Part shown: positions 47,387-56,066 of the stretch, piece by piece
Layout: the number at the start of each line of letters is the position of its first letter
Numbering within the stretch: position 1 is the first letter of the stretch
Virus record (IMG/VR): IMGVR_UViG_3300025436_000002
Coordinates: 106,201-170,200 of that record
Length of the DNA stretch: 64,000 bases
DNA from: a virus
Direction: 5' to 3' (one strand)
Made by a program: the position numbers and the translations under genes
Notes under the pieces: generated by a model
The model's database searches: none
Seen by the model: only the letters and a program-made list of their open reading frames with translations
Told to the model about the DNA's origin: nothing

Positions 47387-48955
47387 ATGAGTTTAGAGAA
47401 TATAAGACAACTTGGAAAAGGACTTTTAAACGAAGGTCTTAATAGAAATGTTTATCAAAGAATCATTAAAGATATAGAACTCGTTATTGAACTTGAAGTT
47501 ATTTATGAGAACGATTTGATGGGTGGGGATGATTTATCCTCTGGGCAGGATTCTTATTTGGACGACATCTATATTGGGGATGATGCAGACTCTTTCAATG
47601 CTAAAATAGTAGAGTTTAACGATTATATAGATACTATTTACCATATTCTAGGAAACCAATGTTTTGACTACTTACACGAGAAAACTAACATATACCTTCC
47701 TAATGATGTAGAGGAACTAGATACTAATATTAGTGGAGATAGTCATAGCCTTCTAAATGAACAAAAATCTGAAATAGATAAGAGACTTAATGAATGTGAA
47801 ACCATAATAGAAGACTATAATAAATACTTAAAAATATTTAAAGATATACCTGACGAAGCTTGGATTGACGACACTGGATTAGAAGGCGAAGAGCTCCTAG
47901 AGGCTAAACAAAAAGACTTTGAAGATTTCCTACTATATGTGCATAATTTAAGTAATATTTTAGATACCCTCAAATCCCTAAAGGCAGAGTTATTAATGGG
48001 TATTGAAATGATAATTGAGCAACCAGTTTCTGATAACATCGGGAATGGGAGTGGGCGTGACTCTGACGAATCTCAAGCTGATCTTGTAATGAATGATATA
48101 GAACATACTGGACCTGTAAGACTTATGAGGGAAATGGATGAATTTGATATTAGTGGTAAGAGATCATGGGAATTCGTAGATGACGGTTCTTTGAGTTCTG
48201 GAGGGGTCGAGATGGTATCCCCAGTAGTATCCTATAAAAATTTTATTGATTATATTCCTAGAATATGTACGTCTTTAGCTGAGAATGGATTCCATGCTGA
48301 TAAATCTTGCGGTTATCATATAGGATTGTCCAGTAGTTCCTTTAGTCTCCCAAGCCTTATAAGCGATACAATAGAACATTATGGAAAGCTCGGATACAAC
48401 AAATTAACATCTACTATCATAGCTACTCAACAAGGTTATAAAACTGTCTTTAGACACAACAATCCAGAACGAGATGAAAGTTATAGGTACACTATATCTC
48501 TTTTAGACCATGTTATCTTTGCTACTTCATATCAGGATAGTATGACGGGAGATACTCTTGATGCTATTAAGAATTCCAGTCTTGATGATCTACTCCACTC
48601 TAATAAATTCGATGCCTCTGTTGCTAAGTTCCGTATCGAAAAATTTACAAACGTAAATAGACTCCACAATAATAAATATATTGAGCTCAGAGTACTTGGA
48701 GGTGTTGAGGGATTCGAGATTCTCAAAGATGAGAATAAACTAAAGAGATATTTATATGATGCTATCTCTCAAGTCTATGGAGCGGTTGATTTTGATAAGG
48801 CTACTGGAGAAGCTAAAATTAAAGAGATGTCTGCTAACGAGATAGTTAAGCTTATGGATTTCTATTTAAGAAAAGTGAGACAGGAGAGAGAGCCTGATAA
48901 TGTTTATAAACAAAATAGGGAAGCTATTAAACTTAGAAATAATGGAGGATTGTGA
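47387..48955 (+). CDS. Putative amidoligase paralogue 5 (recent duplicate of paralogue 4)
   Basis: LVIELE, DDGSL..GVEMVSP, CGYHIGLS, YIELRVLGG; leader MSLENIRQLGKGLLNE. Confidence 0.8.
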   Translation: MSLENIRQLGKGLLNEGLNRNVYQRIIKDIELVIELEVIYENDLMGGDDLSSGQDSYLDDIYIGDDADSFNAKIVEFNDYIDTIYHILGNQCFDYLHEKTNIYLPNDVEELDTNISGDSHSLLNEQKSEIDKRLNECETIIEDYNKYLKIFKDIPDEAWIDDTGLEGEELLEAKQKDFEDFLLYVHNLSNILDTLKSLKAELLMGIEMIIEQPVSDNIGNGSGRDSDESQADLVMNDIEHTGPVRLMREMDEFDISGKRSWEFVDDGSLSSGGVEMVSPVVSYKNFIDYIPRICTSLAENGFHADKSCGYHIGLSSSSFSLPSLISDTIEHYGKLGYNKLTSTIIATQQGYKTVFRHNNPERDESYRYTISLLDHVIFATSYQDSMTGDTLDAIKNSSLDDLLHSNKFDASVAKFRIEKFTNVNRLHNNKYIELRVLGGVEGFEILKDENKLKRYLYDAISQVYGAVDFDKATGEAKIKEMSANEIVKLMDFYLRKVRQEREPDNVYKQNREAIKLRNNGGL

Positions 48956-49494
48956 TCATGACAGGAAGACGTATAATAAATCATTGGTCTGTTTCAGGGT
49001 ATACCCCTAACGCTACTGACTTTGAACATTACCATTTTATAATAGCTGGAAACGGGGATGTGTATCATGGAGATCATAAAATAGAAGCTAATGATAATAC
49101 ATCGGATGATGACTATGCTCAACATACTGGTGGAGGCAATACCAAGAGTATTGGAGTGGCTGTATCGGCTATGCTGGGGTATGAGTCTCCTAAGAAAGTA
49201 GGTAAATATCCTATAACTAAAGTTCAAATAGAAAAACTATTTGAATTAAATGCTAAGTTATTATTTAACGAGGGTTTTACTAAAGTAACTATCGAAAATT
49301 TAAAAACACATTATCAGTTTGGAAAAGAAAACCCTAAAACTTCAAGTGTTGGAAAGATCGATATCTGCTTCATCCCATACTATCCTAAGATAAAACCAGA
49401 CGACTGTGCTGACTTCATAAGGGAAAAAACCCAATGGTACTTAAATAAGATAGTTACTGGGGAATTAAATCCCAGGGTAACTCTAAAAAATTAA
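48952..49494 (+). CDS. N-acetylmuramoyl-L-alanine amidase (Amidase_2-like), possible endolysin
   Basis: RIINHWS, HYHFII.G.G, AQHT.G.N..SIGV, THY..., KIDI motifs. Confidence 0.8.
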   Translation: MIMTGRRIINHWSVSGYTPNATDFEHYHFIIAGNGDVYHGDHKIEANDNTSDDDYAQHTGGGNTKSIGVAVSAMLGYESPKKVGKYPITKVQIEKLFELNAKLLFNEGFTKVTIENLKTHYQFGKENPKTSSVGKIDICFIPYYPKIKPDDCADFIREKTQWYLNKIVTGELNPRVTLKN

Positions 49495-49502
49495 ATACTA
49501 AT

Positions 49503-49531
49503 AAAAGGATGAGGTTACTTATCCTTTTTTT
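49503..49531 (+). terminator. Intrinsic terminator
   Basis: aaaaggatga-loop-ttatccttttttt. Confidence 0.75.
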
Positions 49532-49648
49532 GTTTAACATATCTTAATAATTAGCCTCACCTACTTGAATTATCCTTAACACTATGTTATACTATTTGTA
49601 AGTAGTCAATCAAGGGATTAGTGGAAAGGAAACATTATTAATTAACTT

Positions 49649-49966
49649 ATGGAATTAATAAATTGGAGAAATCTAAGTACAGTTATTCGAGACGGTTGTA
49701 AAAAGCGTACTGTCTCCGAGGTTAGAAACATGGTAAGTTATTTAGGATACCATGAAAATAAAATAATAGGGGCATATTTAAGTATGGAATTCGAAGAAGG
49801 ATACCTTAATGACTTAGCTAAAGATATTGGTAACTTAGAAAGTTATCTAGCTAAGGGAAAATACTCCGAAGACGACACTTTTATAATAGAATTAAAAAGA
49901 CAACGAGATGAATTAAAGAAAATACTTGAGATAGGAATGAGGGGGTATAAGACCAATGAAATGTAA
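49649..49966 (+). CDS. Hypothetical protein
   Basis: Downstream of TTGAAT-N17-TATACT at 49565. Confidence 0.65.
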   Translation: MELINWRNLSTVIRDGCKKRTVSEVRNMVSYLGYHENKIIGAYLSMEFEEGYLNDLAKDIGNLESYLAKGKYSEDDTFIIELKRQRDELKKILEIGMRGYKTNEM

Positions 49967-50243
49967 AGAATGTGGGAAAGAGATTATTCCCAATTACCTA
50001 GGTACATGTTCTAGTTGTATTCTAGTTGAAACTATGGATATATCCGTAAAAGAAGATTGTAAGTGTGAAGATAGATACCATAAAAAGTATGTAGGTTTCT
50101 TTAAAAATAGAATTGAATGTATTAAATGCGGTAAAGTTATCCAAGGAGATATTCCTAAATCTGAAGAAGAGTTGGAAGCCTCTAAAGGATGTTCTCCTAA
50201 CTTTATAATTCCAGTAGTGGTAGATATGGATAGAGATTGGTAG
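49956..50243 (+). CDS. Zn-finger-like hypothetical protein
   Basis: Multiple CxxC. Confidence 0.65.
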   Translation: MKCKECGKEIIPNYLGTCSSCILVETMDISVKEDCKCEDRYHKKYVGFFKNRIECIKCGKVIQGDIPKSEEELEASKGCSPNFIIPVVVDMDRDW

Positions 50244-50250
50244 GTAAATC

Positions 50251-50922
50251 ATGGGGAACTATAAGAAGAAACCCGTAAAAAAGTCTGCAAAATCCATAAA
50301 GAAACAGTTGAAAGAGTATGCTATCAAAGCTAGGGTAGCCTGTGCGTACTGTGGAAATCATTATTCTGAGAAAAGAAAGATGAGTGTAGATCACGTAGTT
50401 CCTAAATCTTCTGAGGGGATAGCTTCTCTTGATAATCTTATCATCGCCTGTACTTTTTGTAACAGTGGGAAGAAGTGTAGTCTTCCTATGGGAGAATTTT
50501 TAGAGTTAAATCCTAAAGCTAAGGTTTTCTTAGGCAGGTACCTTGAGAAGATGAAGAAATGTGTTATAAACGGTAAAAATTATTTTAAAGAAATATCATG
50601 GGTACTTGACCCTCTTTATATTCTAAATGAGGATATAAAAAGAGAGGTGGATTCCATGAGTCTAGGTAAACTTAAAAAGATAATAAAAGAAAATAAAGAA
50701 CCTAGTGATGAAATTCAGGAGTATTTGGATAAGCTAGGATTTAGACACTATTCTGAGGATGAAGTAAAACCTGATCCAGAACAATTAGCCATGGGTATTA
50801 AAGTTGAAATGGAGCATACTACAAATAAAGAAGTGGCTAAACTTATAGCACTAGCTCATCTTTCGGAGATTCCCCTTTATTATACTTATCTTAAAAAAAT
50901 GGAATCTGAACATGGTGGTTAG
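50251..50922 (+). CDS. HNH endonuclease read in frame into a DUF5661-like domain
   Basis: CAYCG..SVDHVVPKS..G...NL..AC..CNS.K; C-terminal QL.MGIKVEMEHT....A..IA.AHL.E.P.YY..L. Confidence 0.8.
   Translation: MGNYKKKPVKKSAKSIKKQLKEYAIKARVACAYCGNHYSEKRKMSVDHVVPKSSEGIASLDNLIIACTFCNSGKKCSLPMGEFLELNPKAKVFLGRYLEKMKKCVINGKNYFKEISWVLDPLYILNEDIKREVDSMSLGKLKKIIKENKEPSDEIQEYLDKLGFRHYSEDEVKPDPEQLAMGIKVEMEHTTNKEVAKLIALAHLSEIPLYYTYLKKMESEHGG
50615..50625 (+). promoter_or_regulatory. Putative late promoter inside HNH ORF
   Basis: TTTATATTCTA 41 nt before in-frame ATG 50656 with GAGGTG RBS. Confidence 0.65.
50656..50922 (+). CDS. Nested late gene: DUF5661-like protein with leader
   Basis: Own promoter motif and RBS; leader MSLGKLKKIIKE. 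Confidence 0.6.
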   Translation: MSLGKLKKIIKENKEPSDEIQEYLDKLGFRHYSEDEVKPDPEQLAMGIKVEMEHTTNKEVAKLIALAHLSEIPLYYTYLKKMESEHGG

Positions 50923-50924
50923 AT

Positions 50925-50987
50925 TGTAACATTAAGTTTACATGTCTAGTAGATGACATTGACTTTGTATTCAATGTCATCTATAAT
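50925..50987 (+). promoter_or_regulatory. sigma70-like promoter with palindromic box and 13-bp IR
   Basis: TGTAA-N8-TTACA at 50925; TTGACT(50959)-N17-TATAAT; IR tagatgacattga/tcaatgtcatcta. Confidence 0.8.
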
Positions 50988-51023
50988 TATAAAGTGATTA
51001 AATTTATGAAGGAGCTGGAAGAT

Positions 51024-51461
51024 ATGAATAAACAGAGAGGTAGGCTGCCTGAGTATAAAAATCCTGCGTTAGTGTTTGTATATGGAAGTCTTAAAAAAGG
51101 ATTTAGAAATAACAAAGTTTTAGGAGACTCTAAGTATGTTGGAACATTTAAAACTACTACTAAATTTAAGATGTTGGACTTAGGATACTACCCTGCACTT
51201 ATGTTGGATGATGTGGGTGGTAACGTAGTCCTTGGCGAACTTTATGAAGTCTCTGGGGATACCTTTGAAAGATTAGACCAGCTTGAGGGGTACCCTCATA
51301 TGTATGATAGAGATATCATAACATTGAGTAATGGAAGTAAGGCATGGGTATACTTCATGAAGAAAGATAACTATAATGCAACGGCAGACTTGGTAGAGCC
51401 AAATAAGGGAGGTCTATTAATTTGGACTGAGAAGCCTCTTCAGAATAGGAGGACTATCTGA
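51024..51461 (+). CDS. Gamma-glutamylcyclotransferase (AIG2/GGACT-like)
   Basis: VFVYGSLKKG..N, YPAL, GELYEV, LDQLEGYP..Y.R motifs. Confidence 0.9.
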   Translation: MNKQRGRLPEYKNPALVFVYGSLKKGFRNNKVLGDSKYVGTFKTTTKFKMLDLGYYPALMLDDVGGNVVLGELYEVSGDTFERLDQLEGYPHMYDRDIITLSNGSKAWVYFMKKDNYNATADLVEPNKGGLLIWTEKPLQNRRTI

Positions 51462-51502
51462 ATCTTCATCTAGGACTAATATTCAAAGCAGACACTTCTG
51501 GA

Positions 51503-51739
51503 GTGTACACTTTAGTAAGTCATAGGAGTCTACTTAAAATAATAATAAATCCAATACTACGTCAATTTGGTTTTTATATAAACTCAACTACCAATGAATC
51601 CAGAAATGATATCATTGGACTGAAGTTATGTAAACTCCCTAAAGGACTACGTATAAATATAATAGATGGGTATAAGGATTCCCTATATTACTTAATAACA
51701 AGTAGGCACATGGTAGTTAAAAAAAGAATATTTTTTTAA
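51503..51739 (+). CDS. Hypothetical protein
   Basis: ORF only. Confidence 0.45.
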   Translation: MYTLVSHRSLLKIIINPILRQFGFYINSTTNESRNDIIGLKLCKLPKGLRINIIDGYKDSLYYLITSRHMVVKKRIFF

Positions 51740-51817
51740 TATACTGTTACATAGACTTGCAATTATATCAAAGATAGTGTATACTAGTTAAGTAAGGTTA
51801 ATTAAGAGGACTATTTT

Positions 51818-52087
51818 ATGAAAGTATCAGAAGTTAACGGAACTCTAAAAGTACATCGTATTGCAAGTAGAAATAAAACTATTCAAAAGTACTTAGTAAC
51901 TTTGTTCAGAGGTTCTGAAGAAAAACTTCTAGCTAAACTCGATGGAGATATTTCAAACTTAGTTACATTCTGTGATAATAATTATTCGTTCGAAAATCTA
52001 GACCGTATTTGTCATTACGGTGGATGTGTTACCACAGCTACTTTTGAGGGTCTTACTACTTTCACGGTGGAGGTGTTTGTTGACTAG
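51818..52087 (+). CDS. Hypothetical protein
   Basis: After TTGCAA-N17-TATACT (51757) and GTAAGGTTAA. Confidence 0.7.
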   Translation: MKVSEVNGTLKVHRIASRNKTIQKYLVTLFRGSEEKLLAKLDGDISNLVTFCDNNYSFENLDRICHYGGCVTTATFEGLTTFTVEVFVD

Positions 52088-52216
52088 TTGGAAATTATTT
52101 GATAAAAGGATTAACTCCCTATGTGCTAGATTAAGGATAACTAAGCAAGAGTTAATGACATGGAAATTTATAGACGTACAAAAAGCATTAGAATTAATGA
52201 ATTAAGGAGACAAGGC

Positions 52217-52930
52217 ATGGAAAAGTACATACAATCATTTAAAGATCAATTAAAAATACTTCCTGAGAGTGGCTATAAAAAGCAATTGGCTAAATACGGT
52301 GAAAGAGTTGCTAGAAATATTTACAATAGTAGTATTGTTAGTTTAGTTTCTCAAATATCTTTAACCGATAAGGATATAGAATTTAGCGTAGACGAGCTGA
52401 GTGGAAATATACCCGTAGAGAAGATTAAGCCAGTCTATATTCAATATGGGCATGATCTTGGAGTTGTTCGAGAACTTATATATGATGAGCCTTCTGATAT
52501 GAATACTATAGATAAGGCTGTCATGAAGTCATCTTCTGATATAAATAATCATTTCATGAACTACGTTTTAACGGATAGTCTCAAGAGTGTTCATATTGAG
52601 TTAGGTTCTTTAAAATATCTCTTAGAGAAACAAGTTGACAAACGTATTCTTATTGTAGGAAACGGGACTTTAGATAACTTGTTAAAATTAAAATATGCTA
52701 TAGACTCTACGGATTTAAAATACGCAGGTAATACTCCAGCTGGAGATTTGGTATACCACTCTAAGCATATCCCAACACAAACTATATTTATAATAGAACT
52801 TAAAAATGGAGTTAAATTATTAGAATATGTGGTTAAGAATCCATTAACTATCGTAGGATCTAATTACATGCATAAGGCTGGTATCATTCTAAAAAATCAC
52901 AATATTATAACTAAATATTCATTAATCTAA
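52217..52930 (+). CDS. Hypothetical protein
   Basis: AAGGAG RBS before ATG 52217. Confidence 0.7.
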   Translation: MEKYIQSFKDQLKILPESGYKKQLAKYGERVARNIYNSSIVSLVSQISLTDKDIEFSVDELSGNIPVEKIKPVYIQYGHDLGVVRELIYDEPSDMNTIDKAVMKSSSDINNHFMNYVLTDSLKSVHIELGSLKYLLEKQVDKRILIVGNGTLDNLLKLKYAIDSTDLKYAGNTPAGDLVYHSKHIPTQTIFIIELKNGVKLLEYVVKNPLTIVGSNYMHKAGIILKNHNIITKYSLI

Positions 52931-52966
52931 TGACCGAATAACATATTCTAGAGTTGATAACTCCCT

Positions 52967-52977
52967 TTTATATTATA
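52967..52977 (+). promoter_or_regulatory. Putative late promoter TTTATATTHTA
   Basis: TTTATATTATA 34 nt before 53001. Confidence 0.65.
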
Positions 52978-53000
52978 AGTATGAAGGGGAGGTTCTTCGT

Positions 53001-53291
53001 TTGGAAAGGTTTGAGGCATATATCTCTAATTTAAGTCCGTTAGAATTTGATATTCTTGAAGAACTTTGTCAAGAGTTTGATATTATCTTGACAAACCCCA
53101 CTACTTGCTTTAAAGATAGCAGTAGTCCTATTAGGTTTAATAAACACGATAAGAGAGAAACCGTTACTAGAGTATTACTTGTAAGTAATGATTTGAATAG
53201 CATAAAATTTATAAAGTATCTTATTAAGCATAGGAGAGATTCAATAGAGTGCTTAGAAAGTAATTTAGGTTATGAAATACCTACTATATAA
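53001..53291 (+). CDS. Hypothetical protein
   Basis: GGAGG RBS, TTG start. Confidence 0.65.
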   Translation: MERFEAYISNLSPLEFDILEELCQEFDIILTNPTTCFKDSSSPIRFNKHDKRETVTRVLLVSNDLNSIKFIKYLIKHRRDSIECLESNLGYEIPTI

Positions 53292-53896
53292 TTAGCAACC
53301 CTTCTTCCGCCACCAAATCTCATCTTGCTTTCGTATTTAAGAGTGCTTGAGCTTCCACCATCCATGTTTATTGATCTAATACATCCTAGTTTCTTCATGA
53401 TACTTGAAGCCTTAGTTAGATTTGCATTTGATATAGTAACTAATAGCACATTTCCCTCTTTATCCATACCAAAGCATGTCCTAGGAACTCTTGCATTTTT
53501 AAATTGTTTGCTAAATTTATCTTGTGTTGAATATTGTACGCTGTCCTTAACGAGCCATGACCCTGCTGAAACTGGAGAGTCTCCTTCTAGCACGTCTTTC
53601 TTATCGTCTGTTATTAATATAGTTTTATCTTTCTTAAAAACTATGAAAGGTCTGCGGTAGTCTCCATATTTTATAGTTTTCCGAGTATTAACATTGAAGT
53701 ATGAAGCATTTATTCCAGACGTATAACCTTTTAAAGTATTGGATTCTTTAATGTTCGAGGGTTTAGTGGTTATAACTTTAACAATTACACCCCCTACTGT
53801 AACTGATTTAAAAGAACTGTTAGTATTCTTACTGAATGCTGGAATTGCGTTAACAAAGATAGTTATTAGTATGACTGATATAATTCTTTTAATCAT
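53270..53896 (-). CDS. Secreted phosphodiester glycosidase (NAGPA/DUF2233-like)
   Basis: Signal peptide; INASYF, PRTCFG, SINMDGGSSS motifs. Confidence 0.85.
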   Translation of the reverse strand: MIKRIISVILITIFVNAIPAFSKNTNSSFKSVTVGGVIVKVITTKPSNIKESNTLKGYTSGINASYFNVNTRKTIKYGDYRRPFIVFKKDKTILITDDKKDVLEGDSPVSAGSWLVKDSVQYSTQDKFSKQFKNARVPRTCFGMDKEGNVLLVTISNANLTKASSIMKKLGCIRSINMDGGSSSTLKYESKMRFGGGRRVANYIVGIS

Positions 53897-53926
53897 ATAC
53901 TCACTCTACCTTTTCTTTATTATATC

Positions 53927-53937
53927 TATAATATAAA
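53927..53937 (-). promoter_or_regulatory. Putative late promoter TTTATATTHTA (minus strand)
   Basis: Reverse complement reads TTTATATTATA 41 nt before 53896. Confidence 0.7.
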
Positions 53938-54007
53938 AGGCTATGATACAGATATACGTAGTAATCCAAGTGTTTAATAAACACTTGTTGATATTGTCTT
54001 GATTTAG

Positions 54008-54018
54008 TTTATATTATA
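54008..54018 (+). promoter_or_regulatory. Putative late promoter TTTATATTHTA
   Basis: TTTATATTATA 45 nt before 54053. Confidence 0.7.
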
Positions 54019-54052
54019 AATATAGCTAACACTGTGTGAAGGGGGAAAATAT

Positions 54053-54955
54053 ATGACATCTAGTTTCGTTCCAGTTATGACAAGTAATACCACGCCTAGT
54101 GGATTAGCTTTTTCAAGTTCTTCCCAGTTTAGTGGGAGTATTTGGTATCATCCATGGATGGCTTTTGAACCTCTTACTGGATACGGTCATACATGGATAG
54201 CTGGCTCGGGGGATACCCCTCAATATATAGGATATAAAACTACTGGGAATTATAAACTCGATTCCATTAAGTATACTGCGGTAGTCCATAAGGGTATGCC
54301 TTTCCCCCCACCTGGAATAAACACTATTGAAGGAGCCCCTACTAATTTTAAAGTCCAAGGTTCTAACAACACAACTGATGGATCTAATGGAACTTGGATA
54401 GACCTAGCTACTTTTACAAATGTAACTTGGAATGTAGACAGTCCAACACAGACTTTTAATGTGGCTAGTAACACTTCATATTCTTCTTTTAGAATATACA
54501 TGACATCTATAAATACTAATTGGGCTCAGTGTGAATATTTAGAATTAATACAGTCGCCTGTAATTCGAAAACCTTATACATTTACTCCAGATACCGAAGC
54601 TTCTGCTGGTGAAGTTAATGCTGATTTCGATACCTTATACACATACTTAAATAACCCTCTTTCTAGCATATCCGATAAAACAGATAGTTATACTTTATTA
54701 GACTTGGATAACACTTCTATAATAAGAATAGACTCTGCCTTAGATGTCACTTTAAATGTTCCAAATACTTTAAGTGTCGGTTTTTCTTGCTTAGTTAAAC
54801 AGGTAGGGGTTGGAAAAATTACAATTGTGGGTACTGGAGGCATGGTAGTCCAAAGTTACAGTCTCCATACTAAGACTGCTGGAGTTAATGCTATAGCTTC
54901 TCTTCTTGTAGATGCTGTAAACTGTGTAACGCTTGCTGGGGAGTGTACGGTATGA
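54053..54955 (+). CDS. Discoidin-like carbohydrate-binding virion protein
   Basis: VPVMTSNTTPSG, W.AF, F.VQGSN...W.DL, YSSFRI; C-terminal fibre-type beta domain. Confidence 0.65.
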   Translation: MTSSFVPVMTSNTTPSGLAFSSSSQFSGSIWYHPWMAFEPLTGYGHTWIAGSGDTPQYIGYKTTGNYKLDSIKYTAVVHKGMPFPPPGINTIEGAPTNFKVQGSNNTTDGSNGTWIDLATFTNVTWNVDSPTQTFNVASNTSYSSFRIYMTSINTNWAQCEYLELIQSPVIRKPYTFTPDTEASAGEVNADFDTLYTYLNNPLSSISDKTDSYTLLDLDNTSIIRIDSALDVTLNVPNTLSVGFSCLVKQVGVGKITIVGTGGMVVQSYSLHTKTAGVNAIASLLVDAVNCVTLAGECTV

Positions 54956-55470
54956 TTAAACCTAGTTTATTTGGATTTCTTTCTAAAATGACCGAGATAG
55001 TCCAGAATCCTATAAATCAGGTGCCTATAATGACAAGTTATATTCTACCCAGTGGTGAAGTTAATGCTAGTTCTACTAATTATGGTATGGGTTCTCGTGC
55101 ATGGATGGCTTTTAATCGTAATTTTGATGACTCTTGGTTTTCCAACCCTTCGTCTAGTACACCTCAATGGCTACAGTATCAGTTCAGTTCACCGAAATCA
55201 ATAAGTTCTTATACATTATTCATGGGCGGTGGTATTGTTAGTGTAGTATTTCCGAAGGCATGGACGTTTGAAGGAAGTAATAATGGAACTATCTGGACAA
55301 TACTAGATACTCAAACTAATCAGGTACTTAACTCTCAAGTTAAACAAGACTTTGATCTTCCCAATAACGCAAATTATAGCTATTTTAGAATAAATAATAT
55401 GGTGGGATCTTGCAGTAATATCTACTACGTCACTATAACTGAGATGGAGATAATAGGAACTGACATATAA
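54952..55470 (+). CDS. Discoidin (F5/8 type C)-like virion protein
   Basis: VPIMTS..PSG, AWMAF, PQWLQYQF, PKAWTFEGSNNG..W..LDTQT. Confidence 0.7.
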   Translation: MIKPSLFGFLSKMTEIVQNPINQVPIMTSYILPSGEVNASSTNYGMGSRAWMAFNRNFDDSWFSNPSSSTPQWLQYQFSSPKSISSYTLFMGGGIVSVVFPKAWTFEGSNNGTIWTILDTQTNQVLNSQVKQDFDLPNNANYSYFRINNMVGSCSNIYYVTITEMEIIGTDI

Positions 55471-55474
55471 CCTC

Positions 55475-55503
55475 TTGAAATCCTCTCTTATATATGTTAT
55501 AAT
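55475..55503 (+). promoter_or_regulatory. sigma70-like promoter
   Basis: TTGAAA-N17-TATAAT with TG extension. Confidence 0.7.
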
Positions 55504-55659
55504 AAATGGGAGAGGAGATTTTCATGAAAAATTGTAAACATAGGTATCTTATTAGACATATAAGAAAGATAGTAGACTCTGTTGGAGTCTACGTAGTTGT
55601 TTTTCATGAATGTGTTGTTTGTAAAATTCTATCCATTCAGGTAGTTACTAGGAGTCCCA

Positions 55660-56043
55660 ATGAGAAAGATTAGATCGGATTATCTATTAAAGAATTGGAA
55701 AAAATTAAATATATCCGAGCTACAAGCTATAAGAAATAAAGTAGACTGGCATTATATATCCAACAATAAACATGTCATAGATTTAGAATTCTTAGACATG
55801 TTTAATAATAACGTAGTTTGGGAACTTATCTCTTATCATAAATTAAGTGATGAAATAATTAGTAAACACTTTAAGCTATTAAGCCAATCTTTAGTCATAT
55901 ACAATAATGTACTGAGTGAGGAATTTATATTAAAGAATATAGATAAATTTATGGAGTATGTGGACTTAATAAAAGCTTATCAGAAGCATATTCCAGAAAA
56001 AACCTTGAATAAGATAATGATGATTAAAGAGATGAGTAGATAA
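55660..56043 (+). CDS. Trp-repeat protein with C-terminal tag
   Basis: VDW..IS / V.W.LIS..LS.E.I repeats; ends LNKIMMIKEMSR*. Confidence 0.75.
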   Translation: MRKIRSDYLLKNWKKLNISELQAIRNKVDWHYISNNKHVIDLEFLDMFNNNVVWELISYHKLSDEIISKHFKLLSQSLVIYNNVLSEEFILKNIDKFMEYVDLIKAYQKHIPEKTLNKIMMIKEMSR

Positions 56044-56066
56044 CCCATTGACATGCCTTTAATTAT

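Noticed and set aside
41708-52205. Weak tag-like endings (LELEKLMNA at 42019, QKALELMN at 52205; also TKELIKEY at 13157)
   Set aside because: Missing the conserved Met or out of register with the stop; not counted.
11847-53896. Host assignment from the adhesin-E-like, amidase and NAGPA-like genes
   Set aside because: These families are too widespread to assign a host without database searches.
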